Below are positions 12,237 through 26,568 of a DNA stretch of 64,000 bases, piece after piece (the first letter of the stretch is position 1; every line of letters starts with the position of its first letter). The translations under genes were made by a program, and so were the position numbers. The notes under the pieces were generated by a model, which saw only the letters and a list, made by a program, of their open reading frames with translations, had not been told where the DNA came from and did not search any database. The stretch spans positions 39,806,001 through 39,870,000 of the forward strand of contig NC_087437.1 in the NCBI RefSeq assembly GCF_036321535.1. Direction: 5' to 3'. This stretch comes from Camelus dromedarius. Its lineage: Eukaryota.

Positions 12237-15179
12237 AAGCTGTCCAAAATATTACTACAAAAATAAAGCAGATAAATGAATAGAGAGATACACTTTGCAC
12301 ACACACACAAAATTTCTGTCCACAAACATACAATGCATGTATGTGTATACATGCAGTTTCCATGTGAACTTTTTGGAATGATATGCAAGAAATTGCTGAA
12401 ACTAAGGAGAGGCACGGAGTGTCTATCAGGAGAAGGAGGCGTACTTAGGCACTGCTTGAGTTTTCCATGTTCAAGTGTTTCTTTCATAATCATATTAACC
12501 ACAAATAAAGGACAAAAATGGGGAAAGGGTAGAATTAACTGAAAGATATCCATAAGGTAAGTTTTCTACCCTTAAATGGGTTGAAGTGGCCCATAATAAA
12601 AGGATGCTATTACTCCAACAGTCCCACCTTCCTTCTTGTAATTCAAATGGAGATGAGTCTACTTTGAAAAAGAAAACTCCAATTAGACATTCTGTGCAGA
12701 TAACAGGCCCCTGAAAGCACAAGAGCAAGAGCTCAGGGAATGGATTTGTCTGGGTCGCCACATAAACGCCCAATAAATACGTGTTGACTGACTGACAGGC
12801 CCAATTGCTAAGCATGCTACAGAATATGTGCAAAATAGCCTCCTGGAGCAGGCTGCCATCCCATGAAGACATTTGATTCCAAGGCTAGAACTTAATTGGA
12901 AAAATATGGGAAGGACAGGATGGCAAGACCATTCTAACAAAGTCCTCTAAAAATGGATGACTGTCTCTCTCTGCTTATCTACACAGCCTCGTCCCCACAA
13001 GACACTGAGCTGCAAAAAAAATCATTTCTACCAACAGAAAGAAGTCTATGTCATGTTTTGCTGAAGTTCCCTGAGAACGCAGTGCTAGTTAATGTGAGAG
13101 TGGAGAGAGATGGGAATTCTGCAGGGTCTGTCTACATGCACACATGTGTGCAGAAGGACCAGATGAGGTGCATGCTCTTAGAAAAATGATGATGTTTCAT
13201 CCACTGAAGTAAAAAGAGGCTGTTTCTGGGTGTAGAGTGTGAAAAACAGTCTCACTACTTTATAGTCACACCTCATAACATAATCCTGTAACACCTACTG
13301 ACCCAGGATCTCCAAGAAAGGGATAGTGTTAATTCTATTGCACTTATGGGAAGTTTGGGGAATATGTAGCCAAGACCTGCCAGCTCTGAGGTTTTTACAT
13401 CTAGCCTTAACCACGGTCTTTCCTTTCATATTTGAGGATGAGTAGAACATACATCTTTTCATTAGATTCTGCCTTGTTCTTTGGAGACTAAGAGAAGAAA
13501 GCAGTCACTTTAAGATAAATGTTATGAACTCTGTAATTGCTATGATTATTTATTTCACAGAGTAAGTGAATGTTTTCTCTACAGACTCCCTTGCACACAT
13601 CCAAAAGTTAAAAATGAATATTTCAATTTAGTCAAAGTTTAATACTTTCTCTGTATTTATGGCTAAGAACTTTTCTTGGTAATCGTTTTGAAAATAGCAT
13701 TTCTTCTTTAAGATATTTTAATCAAGTAATTATGTAGAAGAGAACAAACATGTCAAACTGACTGAGCCATGACCAGCGCTATGTACTGCTGTTTAAGTCT
13801 ACCTCCCCTCCCCTCTGTGTCATAGTCAGAGTATTTTTATTTTTCAAACATTGAACTGTTTTACTGCTTGCTCGGTTAAGGCTATGATTGGTTGTTAACC
13901 ACTTCTCTAAATACTTCAGGAGACAGAGAAACAGTAGAATTGCACTTTTTACATCAATATAAAGTCATGTTCACCCCTGCTGCCCCTCCTGCTCAGCGCC
14001 ACCCCCCCCCCACTCTCCCCCATGAATGTGTTTTTCCCCCTCACTTCTTAGACGCATTTGGTAACAATCAGGCTTTTATTTTTAAGGAGCCCTAAGATAA
14101 GGTATCTGCGAGCGCCACACTTGGAGTAATTGATCACATTTGTTTCCTGTTCGTAGGTTAGACTCCTCACTCTTGCTCTTTTTTTTTTTTTTTTTAAACT
14201 TGGCATGTTTCTCATTACCCTCTGCCTTGTTAGCCTAGTAGAAACGTTCTACTGTGGAGAGTGAAAACAGGACGATACTATTACAAACCCCATCGAGTCG
14301 GTGACAGCAGCCCTTCTCTTTCTTTGGGAACCTGTGGCCACTTCAGGCTTTAGTGGGGAGCCCTCCCATGGATACAGGTATGCGCGCCTTTAACTGAGGG
14401 AGTCTCCCTGACATCCCCTTGGCGCTGGCATGTTTGAGTTTCACACTGTGCTGATTCACACCGAGACTGTTCTCCGGGATGACAGCACTGTTATCACATG
14501 ACTCAAACTTACCCACCTCGTTTCATTTGGAAATGTTAGCTCAGGTTCAATAAGCATCAGCTGCCAATTCTGTAAAAGAAGACCTGTATCTCTCCCGTTT
14601 ATGCTTTCCAGATAAATTGTAATCAGTAGCGTTTTATTGACCCTGTCAGGTGGGGCTTCATTTCAGATATTGTCTCAGGAAAGAAAAATGCAGAAATCTG
14701 AACAATCAAGTTCTCTTTTTTGTGTCTGTGGGCCCTCGAATAAGAGGCCAGGCTTCAGTCATTTTCCTATCATGGCTTCAATCACAACAAAGCAAAAAGG
14801 CTAGTAACTCAGTGTAAAATGAAATGAAAGACCTGCGTTTATTTCCTTTTTTGGGACTGAGAGAAATATCAAAGTAAATGATCTATAATGGCTAAAATTA
14901 ATTCATGTATTTACTTACAATATGAATATTTATTCATAAAAATATGATAGCTTCTAATCAAGTGATACACAGTTCATGCAAGAAATCTTCACAAATAATC
15001 CTTTACCTAAGTAGTCCTCCTTCAACATTCAAAGTTCAAGACTATGCCAGTTATGTTTGTTTGTTCAGTTGGTTGGTTGGTTTTTCACTTAATTATTCTC
15101 TTACCATATTTTGATACCTTTGCATAAATAGCAAAAGCGGCATATTTTAATAGAATTCAAAATAACAAAGATTAAACAA

Positions 15180-15335
15180 AAGACTGGGAATCTGGTCCAA
15201 GTCCTACTCTCCAAAGTAGTTAAGTGACCTTGGGCAAGTAGCTGACCCTCCCTGACCCTCAGGGTCCTCATTTATAAGATGAGTGGGCGGGACCAGATGT
15301 CCTTCATGGTGGCTTTCAGTGCTCACACTCTCTAA
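15180..15335 (+). mobile_element. MIR-family SINE
   Basis: gtgaccttgggcaagt...cctccctgaccctcagggtcctcatttataagatgag...gaccagatg. Confidence 0.75.
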
Positions 15336-15383
15336 CATTGACCTGAATCACACTGTGAAAGATTGAGCCCTCAAGATTTTCTA

Positions 15384-15704
15384 CAACTGTGTTGAACACG
15401 GTAGCTGTTAGCCACATGTGACTGCTAAGAACTTGAAATATGGCTACTCCAAATTAAGATGTGTTATAAATATACACACCAGATTTCAAAGACTTTAGTG
15501 CCAAAAAAGGTAAAATATTTCAGTAATAATTTTTACTTTGTTTTTCATTTGAAATGATAATACTTTGTATATATTGGTTAGATTAACCATATTACTAAAA
15601 TGAATTATATCTTTTTCCTTTTTTTTTACTTTTTATAAGTGCAACTACAAGAATATTTTAAATTATGTATGTGGCTCATGTTATGTTTCCATTGGACAAT
15701 AATG
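15384..15704 (+). mobile_element. MER33 hAT-Charlie DNA element, near full length (~320 bp)
   Basis: ggtagctgttagccacatgtgactg...acttgaaatatggctactccaaattaagatgtg...atgtatgtggctcatgttatgtttccattggaca. Colinear with the copy at 55431. Confidence 0.88.
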
Positions 15705-16699
15705 TAATAAAAGGTCTGTGACTGTGTGTTTACTATGCATATAGGATTAAAATGGAAAGAATCTGAAATATTTCATTTATTGGGTGTTTGTAATAATAAA
15801 AGAGTGATCACTTGTTCTCTGGAAAAATATACAGGTCAAAGCTATACTGGAAGTACTCATGCTACTCAATAAAGGACATTAAATGTTAAAAAGCATGTTT
15901 CTTAAGATTATAGTACTAGTAATCAACATATATAACTTAGTCAAAATTGCCCCAAATTCATAACTTAACTTTCTTATCTAGTTAATCTGATTAACATTCC
16001 CAAACATTTAAATTATTTGCTCATTATTCCCTTTACAATATTAGTAAAAAATATTAGAAAAACATTCCTGAAAGATTATAGGTAACTAAAATATTATAAA
16101 TTATCTTTTATTTCTTGAGATAGATGTTTCCACTTTATCTTGAGAATCCCTTTGTTTGAGAACTTCTGAAGCATAGTGGCCAAAGACTAAAATTTTACAC
16201 ATTTGTATCAGTGGTAAATACCTAGATAATTTAGATTACTAAGGAACAACAGAAGTCTCAACCACATAAAAATATATGCACATATGTATGATAGATATTT
16301 GAAACACAAGATATATTATTTTGCCTTTCCTGTGATAAATGTAGGCCACAGTGTATTTATAAAATTATGCATCTTTCTAATAGGTACAGATACAGAATAA
16401 ATGCTCATTGTATTAAAAATGAAACCTAACCCTGAAAAGCAGCATTATCAATCCTACACTAAAGTAAATTCAGTTAAAGGAATATTCCATAACACAGAAA
16501 AATTAGCAAGAAATTGTAGTCACAAAGCTGGTGAGTGTCATTTTCTCTCCCTGCAAAGCAGATGTTTTCCTTATAAAAATATGCAATCTTATTTTTACCA
16601 ACTTCTTTTTCAAGTATTTGCATCTTTGTCCAACCTGACACCTTGTCAGCCTATCGCAGGTAAAAGCTTTTGAAGCTCTACCACTACTCTTGTCCTAAT

Positions 16700-16850
16700 A
16701 AGGTCGCTGACCTTTCAGGCTCAACTCTGGCCCTCCCCCTTCTTCATTTCCTCTCCTATCATTAGTCTGAAATGGCATCAACTACCTCTCCATTTTCCTC
16801 ATCCCTTCAATGCCCCACCTCTTTAGTCCAAATTCACCTAATTAGGAACT
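16700..16850 (+). mobile_element. Possible L2 internal fragment
   Basis: Pyrimidine-rich cctctccattttcctcatccct...ctttagtccaaattcacc resembles L2. Confidence 0.35.
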
Positions 16851-19800
16851 TAATTTCCTTTTTTCCCTGATTGAGAAATTGATAATGGACGGATCCCATT
16901 CATCTCTGAATCACAGAAAATTGCATTGATGACCTCTTATTTAGGAATGTTAAGCATTTATCCTAGAAATTGTTTTCTGGAGACCAAGTGTTTCCAAAGA
17001 GTCTATTTTTCCAACCATAGAACTAAAATAAGTGTTGTTTTTATTTTTTAAACTAAAATGGGAAGAAGAGAATTATTCAAATCTGATAGATTTTACATTT
17101 GTTTTATATTTCATTTTATATAGTCATAATTAACTTATATTTAAAACAAGTAGATTTGTCCTGTAAGGTGGCAAATAATTGAGTTATGCTAGAAGATTAC
17201 TGATGGCATTTAAAGAGATAAATCTCAGGAGGTCAGTGAATAATTCCTTGAAGCTGGTTATTTTTGGTAAAATTATACAAAGAATTTTTCACACCAGAAA
17301 TGACACATATTGGTTAGATGTCTACAACCAAGTAGGAGTCACATAGTAAAGCGACTCTCTAGGTAATTAGCTAATGTTACTTTGCAATTATCTCCTTGAC
17401 GATGACGGTGATAGTTTAATTGTAGGGTTTACTACTTAACAGCTGAAAGCACATACATGATAATATTCCTGGTATTTTTTTCCCCTAAAGTATTCTACTA
17501 CTTTAAAAGTTAGTGGTAGAAGAAAAACCAATCCAACAATGTTATTTCACTACTCAACTCAAACTTTTAATGTTTAATTTCAAGTCCTTCTCATTCAAGG
17601 AATGAAAAGATCCATAGCATCATTACAAACCTTGGAACTGACAATCAGAAAAAAAAAATAGCAAAGACAAGCCAACTTCATTTTATCCAATAGGCTTCTG
17701 AGCCATACCCAGTATATTCTGCCATAGGGCATCAGGACAAATCATTTCACCAACATTTATCCTATGACAAATCTACACAATGCAGAAGAGAATTAAGTGA
17801 AATAGATGACTTAAGGAGAGAATGCAATTTCTTTAAAGCAAAAAAAAATCCCTTTCAAGCATATATTCTCATTTCTTTCTGCTTTCTTTGGTGGGCCATT
17901 TGAACTGAATGAGGGTTAGAGCTTTGCTATCTGGACCAAAACAGTGCTAACATGAAATTTAGACTCTCCTGGCAAAAGAGAAGTTATAATGTTGATTTTA
18001 ATTTTTCCCAAGAAGCCAAAATGTATTCTTATAATAATAAAAATTACCAAAACAAGTTGTGAAAACATTGCTTATTTTCCTCTTCACTGAATGATTCCCA
18101 CTACATAAGCCTACATAGCATGTACAAAGGATTTGGCTATTTATTAGAGACAGACAATGCTAAAGTGACCTCACATTCAGTTTTCTGAAAAAAAGAAACA
18201 ATTTCTAGGAAAATAAAATAGGAAGTAAGAACAAAAGCACTTTTAAAAGATAAAATAAAGTCAATAAACTACCTCATCAATTTCAGAAAAATCACTGAAA
18301 CTATTTTTGTCTGAAAATATAATTCCTTATATTAGAAAAGTCATTAACAGTTAACAATCATTTGGAAAATTGGAACAATCAAATGGAAAATTTACTCTTG
18401 TGAAGACTAAGGGATTTGAATTCTGACTATCTTGGAGCCTTACATAATAACATTTCTAAATGGAAAAAAAAAAAAGAGAGATCAGTTTTACAAGTTGCTC
18501 TGTTTTCATTTTTCTCCTTCATCTTCTGATAAGAGTCCAAATTAATCCTAAATAAATAAATGTAAATAGCTAAGTGATATTCAGAATCTTTTTCAGGAAG
18601 CAACAGTATTACAAGATCATCCAAACCAGCTATGTTATACAGCTGGAATATTAGTTGGAGAGAGAAAGCAGAATTAAAGAATTAAAACCAAACAATGTCC
18701 TCTAAACATATGAAAGATAACTTTATTTCCCTTATATATATCTTAAGAACCTGTATTTCTACAAACTAATTACTGTACTGACACAAAACTTCATATATAA
18801 CAATACAAATTCTGTAAATGGGCATATTGGTAAAGCCAATTAGAATTTATTACAATAAGACTATAAAATTTCTTCTCAAAATATTCAAGTGATACAGCAT
18901 TTCACCCTAATTATTCTATTAATAAGCAGGATTTTTTTTCTAATATACTGGACAAGTATTAAGTTTCCTAAGCAAACAAGAGAATATTTGCTCAGTACTT
19001 CTACAGCTAACTGACAGATTTCACGTAACTGAAATCTTTTATCGCTTCTTTCCTTTCTACTTTGTAAACCTACTTAAGGTTATTATATAGTGACCTGAGT
19101 AATGAAGTCCTGAAGATTTTCCAATGAGAGTGAAATTAATTCCAACTTATTGGGAATTTTTTAAAAAATCAAAAGTGTTAGGAAAAAATTAAAAGAAGAT
19201 GTTATGGCATTTTTAATCCTAATACCAAAAATATCTAACGTAGTAAATAAGATCATATTCACAACACATTTTTGACACTTACCCTGACAATAATCCCAGA
19301 AAGATTTACCATCCCCCTAGACTGCCCAAGGACAACACACTCAAAAACCTCATGCCTAGCAATTTTTCCTCTCATTCCAAATAACTGATCATTATTTCTC
19401 CTCCAAAGTTGCCAGAAATTCCTCACTGCTCATAAAGCTTAATTTACTAATTCATAATATTTCCATATTTATGTATTAAGCTACTTTCACAAGACACAAA
19501 AGAATATATTTTCCAAAATTGGCATGGTTTCTGTTTCTCTTTTTTAGTTTAGTTTGGTCGTATTATCCACACACATTTAACAATCCTAGCCTAGCCTTTA
19601 ACTCGTATCTTGGAAATACTATATAGCTGAACCCTTAGGAAATGTGTGCAAATTTTAAAAGAATTCATGTTTTATGGCTAAATCCTTGAAGACTGAGAAG
19701 AGGTAAAATGCCAGGAATGTTGCTAGACTCTCAGAATGTCAGCCCAAGTGAATGGTCACCATGAAAATACAGCTGTATATGTTTGCGTGGGCATATGTTT

Positions 19801-22800
19801 GTTCAGTTTTTTCCCCCCCTTCCCAAGCTGGGGCTTCAGCTTTAGGTCATTCTGCAAACAAGCCCCAGGAGACACACAATTACACTCCCCTGGAGACTGA
19901 CCCCTTAGAGTGCCCACCTGTAGCCAAACACAGATAGCATCCCGGAGCAATGAATTAGCACTCTAAGCTGATTAGAGCAGCTCTGCACAACTCTATTTTA
20001 TTGACACAATGAAGAGAGGACAGAAAAGGGCCTGAAATGAGAAAATCATTTCCATGCTGACTGAATTAAAAGAACAAAAGAGCTCCTTGCAGTTGCAGCA
20101 TTCAATTTGTCGGGAAAAAAGGAAGCCACTTAATGGCTCACAATAGATCTGAGCAGACAGATGAAATTTAAAACTTCAGCATGAGTGCGATTAGCAGCGA
20201 AACATATTCTAAATCATTTCCTCCATATGCATAATTTCGTTTGATTATTTAGTTCTGAGTTTTACAAAAACACTGGGCTAGATGCTATCTTCAAAATGTC
20301 TTGACTTTTCATTTTTCAAAATCACAGAACAGTTTCTCATTGTATGTTAATGTCCTCGGTGACAATATAAATAGAACAAAACATGCGAGGCTCGTGTTTT
20401 ACTTTCACCTTTAATTTGCAAAAGTGAATGTATAAACAGAGGTTAACTTGTGGAAACTAGGATTGCAAAGTAATCTTCCACCAAATAATTTGCAATTTGA
20501 AGTCAAATAAATTATATGCAATAGGATCCCTTCCACATGGGGTAAAAGGCAACCAATTATTGCACCCAGAGACTAAAATAAACTCCACCGTGTTAAACTC
20601 AAATGTCAAAACTGATGTCTTCCTTAGTTTAAAAGATATCATTATTATCACTAAAAACAATATAGTTAAGACTGCAGTTTCTAAATGTATACTTTCATTT
20701 AATTTTGCTCAATTAATTATTGTTTTGCTCTTTCTGACTTCTCAATTCTTGAGTTAAATTGAATCTAAAATTGATGTCAAAATGATCACTTAATAAGCAA
20801 GACATATCTTTAGATATAAATATGTTACAGCATTAAAAATTCTCTAGAGTTCTTCTTTACTATTTTTTTATTTTCCCAACTTATAAGAAAAATCTAAACG
20901 TCTAAACCATATATGGAGAGTAGAATTTATTTTCACGAACTGCCAAATGTTTTGTTTTCAATGGAGATTTTCCTCTTGCCAGTGTTAATTTGCAGGGTTT
21001 AAAAATAAAAAAAAAAAAGTGGAAGCAAAGATCTTAGTTTCTGATTAAGCTCACATTTTCATTTTCCACGCCTCAACCTCCATGAAGAAAGGCTTTTAAG
21101 TGGCCCTTCAGATTTTTTAACCTCTCATCTTGGCTCCTAATTTAAATGAAGAAAATTCACTCTTTCTGATCTTGAAACATCCTTTGCCAAAGTGTTGAGG
21201 TGCAATGTAAAGTGAACAAAAAATTATAGAACAAGTTGAAAGAGAAAAATGTTACTCGGAGATACTTTGGGATTCGATATTTGGGGTGCATTACTACTTA
21301 ATCTGCTAAGTGAAATTTCCCCGGAGGAAGGCCCCAAGGAAGTCTGAGGATGATGAAGGCTCAGTGAGCTCCCCAGCAGCTTCCATTCTCTTGACTAAAT
21401 GAGGTAAGGGTTTTATATAAAGAGAAACCATAAAGCTTGTGGATATTTTAACAAAATCAACGTAGTGTAACTTTGCTGACAGCTTGTCACATTTCACTGG
21501 CTGTCTGTCTGGGGCGCGGTGATAACATCTGCATTCACTCAGTGTGAGAGCTCAACATGAGACAAGAAAGTGGGCCTGCCACAGACGGGCCCATGAGTCT
21601 GTCAGTTCTGACATGTCATCTGAATTTTTTGAATCACTAAACACTTTTGAGACTCTGGTACTTATTATCTTTCCTTAGTTTCTATACACGCTCAGCAATG
21701 CTGGAAAATGTAAAATTTGCAAGTAAGGTAGTGGACGTCCCAGGCTTTTTGTTGTCTAATCCGTAGGCCCTCATTCATGCTCACTGTTAATCTCTTAAGA
21801 CATTATAAAACTGTTAGACAAAGAAATGTGAATACCTCTGCTTCTTTCGAGAATGGGAGGAAACCAAGGAAAATCGGGATCATGCTAAGCTATTCTTTTC
21901 ACTATGAAAATGGTAACTTAAACCTGTTGCATCAAATTATCTATAATTCCCCACGCTAAGGCAAATGTTTTTGAAGAAGGAACAAGCGTAGTGTCACAGA
22001 AGGAGAAAAATGATCACAGAATTTTCAAACTCTGCCAAATTTGATGTCAACAGAGCCCTGGGATCCTGGTTGCTGAATTTCTCACTGTTTCTATTTTTTA
22101 TCCTATGGGTACAAGATATATGGTTAATATGCTTTCATGAAAGCTCATTAAAAAAGTTTACCAATACTCACTAGTAATCATCAACTAGTTTAGATAATTT
22201 TGTTCTTTATTAGAAACACTGGGAAAGCTAACAGCTACCTAACAATAGCCTTAAAAAACGTGGCTAAAATTCACTAAAATGCTACATATCACAGATTTTA
22301 ATGAGGAATTTTGCCCTCAAAGCTAGAAAACTTTACAGCATTGTTTCTGTAAAGCCTAAATATAAATGGATCCTTGGAGCCAAGGAGAATGCTTTTCTGA
22401 ACCACATAAAACAGCCAAAGCTGCATTTCTATCTCTTCTTTGCAGTCATTCAAGACATCAAGTTAAAGCTATATGCATTGGTTCTCCAAGTAACCAAGAG
22501 ACAGGGAAGAGAGAAAATAATATTAAATTAAGAGGAAAGTTTTCTTCTGGACCCCAATTACCTATTTCCCTTTTTCATAAGCACATGCTTAACACCTGCA
22601 AACGATTTCGGTACAGACAAATGTCCCTGTAAGTGACTAACTACAGGTGTGTTTCCCACCTGCATCCTCGAAATGACTAACTGTCCCCCAGATGGTCAAA
22701 TCCTGTGCATATTTGCTCTGAAAGTGACATATATTGGATGGCTACCCAATTAATTTAACCAAAACTATTAGGTAAAGAGTGTGGGATTGACATTTGGCTA

Positions 22801-24840
22801 AGGGTAAGAAGATATAAAATAAACAAAAAGAAAACAAGAGAAATTAAAGACGGAAAGGGGAAGAAAGAAAAGGAAAAGAAAGAGGGGAGGGAATGAAGGC
22901 TGGCATTGGTCACTGCTGTCCGGCACCACTGGGAGACAAGGAGGATGTGCGGTAGACAGACAGGACATGTGTGTGGAGTTCATACATCAGTTAATTAGCA
23001 ATAAGTGAAAATAAGAATGAATTTTGGAACCATATGTTATCTTCTGCCCCTAGTAATGCTTTATATAAATTCAAACTGAAAAACAATTTTCCATTGAAGT
23101 AAACCCCCCTAACAGAAGATCTGGGTAAAGGGCCCTTACACGATAATTCCCTTCCTGCAAATAGAAGATTCTGTGACTATTTCCCACTTCCTTTGGCATC
23201 TTGTCGTTTTGTAACTCTCTCAAGAGCTTTGATGTTATGTCATTTGCTTGATGTTTAGTCTGTGCCTAAAATGTCAGCTGTTTATTATTTTTACATTTCG
23301 ACGCTAACACAGAGGCATTTCAGAATAAAGGGCAAGGTTTCTGACACATCTCAGTGACCAAAGGACATGTATTAAATAGAGGTTTCCGTTCTTCCTGAAA
23401 ATACAGGGTCACTCATTTTTAAAAACTTAGATGGACCAGTTTTCATTACTACATAATTTTCTTCCAACATTCCTGTAATCTGTCTATGAGTGGCCCTGTT
23501 TTATAGACCATATTGGGATCTAGCTTATTACTTCAAGGAGGGTATGCCCTGTCTCAAGCCACAGAAAATCACCTTTTCTTTATGTTGAACAGAAGACCAA
23601 GACAGTGGAGGGGGAAAGGTTTAGAGCCCCAGGACACAAAGACAAAAAGATAACTGTCCAAAGGCAGTCTTTCTGCCCTTCCTGAACTCCTAAGCTCAGG
23701 GGTCTCACAGGGAGGAAATATTTAGGGTCTAGACTAAAATGAATAGTAACTATCTAAGGCATGAAAGTAAACACAGATAAAGATTTTTATGAGACTAGAA
23801 TAAATTTATAAAAGTTATCATGAGACTGAAAACAAAAGTGGTTTTCAATTGATGACAGATAAATTCACAGCTGACAGAGCCTTGGTGAGGCAGCTGATGA
23901 TGGAAATACCACCTGATTTATGCTATATTTTCAATGTTTTCCATCTTGGGTAATGAATTCCAACATCCTATTGTGGCAATTACCACTTTTTTTTTCATCT
24001 TTTTTGCTCTAGTAGAATTAACTAATCCTCCAGGCCCATCTTGTCCACACTAATTCAACTAAAGAAGGTCACGTTCATCTATGTGCCTATCACATCACAT
24101 GACAATTTGGACTTTCCTGATTTAAAAGTCCTAATATTTTAAGTGTTGCCTTACCTGGTTACAGCACCTTTCATCCTATCCCATAGAAACCTAGTGCAAA
24201 ATGACTTCTTTTTTCTTTCTCAAAATTCTTGGACGATTACAATTGGGTATCAATGCTCTGCAGTGCTTAGCTGGACTACACGTAGAAATTCAAAGTCTTC
24301 AATCATACTTTACAACTGTATATTAGACTCTCAGTGAGGTTCATGGAAGATTTGCAGAGCAGAAACTAAAGTCCATTGAAGATCCATGTCTCTATCAAAT
24401 CAGTTATGGTGGTGAGGAATCAGACTTCAAATGAACACTTTTTGAGTCAAGCTTACCAAATGACATTATATCCCTCCTCACCATAATACCCTTCATGATG
24501 TTCCAGACAAATTAATGTTCAGGGGTCCATATGGAGCTCTATAATTCAAATCATAACAATTCATGATTTCATCAAGTTCTACTTTCCATAATTTTTAGCC
24601 TGGCTCACCTATAGGCAAACTCAACCACTCTTCAACCTTTATACTGCTGACAATATTCTTATAGAATTAACATCTTCAAAGGAGAATTTCCAGGCTTTGG
24701 AAAATACAAAGAAAGTGAAAATTCTCTTCTTATATCATGTTCACATCTGGTTTTCTTGAGATTACTGCCTTTTCCAACTTACAAAAGAAAACAAAGTCCT
24801 AACTTCTTATTAAACCTTCTAATTAAGGATATTACTAAAT

Positions 24841-25410
24841 CCAGATTGTTCTCAATGGAGGCCCCCATATGAAGAGAGGCTGTAGGATACAGCAGAGTTT
24901 GTGTAAGCAAAAGATCATTAGTACATGTCAGTTTGGTGACAATTTAGGCCATGCTGTGAAAGTTATAAGACATTAACATTACGTTATAATGATCAGGGGA
25001 AGTGAAGGGAGAAGACAGCTGTGCCCCAGGGAAGCAGGGACCCCCTACAAGCCTTCCTCCAGGAAGCTTCTACCCATACTCAGGTGAACTCAACTTTGGG
25101 CTGTTGTTACTTTCAGTTGTAAATCCTCAACCGAATAATTCAAGTACTCCCTTCTAACATCCCATGAGTCAGAAAGTATACCCTCAGTTTCCAATAGCAC
25201 ATTTTTTTGTATTTCTTTGTGAGAAGAAAACCCAAACTTTTGATGCCTCTTGTGTTCAGAATGCTTAAAGGTAATGCGGAACAGTGAAATGTTCCAAGTG
25301 AGAAGTCATAATGGGTCTTCTGCCAAGTCTGACCTATGAATCCCCAAATTTCTGCCCAGAAAGTCTCAGGACCCCATTGACCCACCAGGTACCACAATTT
25401 AAGAAAAATT
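24841..25410. mobile_element. Possible degenerate hAT-Charlie-derived element
   Basis: Ends cagattgttctcaa and taccacaatttaagaaaa resemble Charlie TIRs. Internal sequence not recognised. Confidence 0.3.
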
Positions 25411-26334
25411 TAAGAGTAAATAAATAATGATGTACGAAAAGATTGGGATATGTGTTTCCACTCATCTGAAAAATTTCCATGCACTTCATTATGATATATT
25501 TACTTATGACATTATTCTCAGTGATTTAGAGCCATTCTCACTTCATAGGGAGTTCCACTGATGGGATAGGGCCCAGGAAGAAGGCAAATTCACAAGATGG
25601 CCAGGGTTGTTATTTCTGTGGAACAAGGTCAAAGTTTTGTGAATAGGCAGAGTAGGCTTTCCTCATGTAAGATGAGGCACTGCCACCTTAGGAAGATACT
25701 TGCTGTCGTGAAGTGTATTTGTTCTTAGGTTATTAGAACAGACACCACCACAGTCCTCATTGAAGAAGAGCATGAAGTGGAATAAAAGCACACCTATCTC
25801 CCCCAAATTCACAGACAAGGTCGAATTCTCTGTGAGAGAAAATCAGCCCCATTACTATCCAGTTGAAGCCTGAGGGGCCAGAGTTTGCAAGACACGGGAG
25901 TGTTGACGGCCAAGGGAGATTAGGAAGAGTAAAATGGAGAAAGGGCCCTTCAAAAGAAGAATACATGGAGAGAGTTACAAGGTGAGCTCTTACCTCTCTG
26001 ACCCCCACCCCACCATGCTCTCAGAGCATAAGTTCATCAGACAGGAAGTCAAAACCTCTTCCTCTGCACTGTTTAGAAATGCTCACCAGAGTCTTTAGTA
26101 GAAGAACCATTTAAACGTCCATCAGTGTTCTGAATATGTTGGCTCTAGGAAGGTGACTTGCCCATGCTACTTAGAAAGGAGACACCTTTCTGTGATGTGG
26201 GGGCTCTGCCATCCCAAAGAGCTCCAACTTCAAAGACTGAATTCCCCAATGCTGCTTTCACAAGAAAGGATGCAAGGGCATCCCCAACTTTGGAATGATA
26301 ATGCTAATGAAGACTGTTAAAAACCAGTTTGCTC

Positions 26335-26568
26335 TGAAATGCTTACTACAGCATACCAAGCCCTACTCTAAGCCTTTGCCACACTTCGCAATGTAACCTT
26401 CGTAAAAATCCTGCCAGGCAGATCCAATCAGTACTACCATTTTACAGATGAGGAAACTGAGACAATAAATGGTTTTGCGCTTGTTCAAGGTCACAAAGCT
26501 AGTAAGCGGTGGAGAATTTGAACCAAGTTCATTACCCAATGCACTTGGCAGTCCCTATGTTATACTGC
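26335..26568 (-). mobile_element. MIR SINE
   Basis: ccattttacagatgaggaaactgagac...cttgttcaaggtcacaaagctagtaagcgg...atttgaacc (antisense CORE). Confidence 0.9.
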
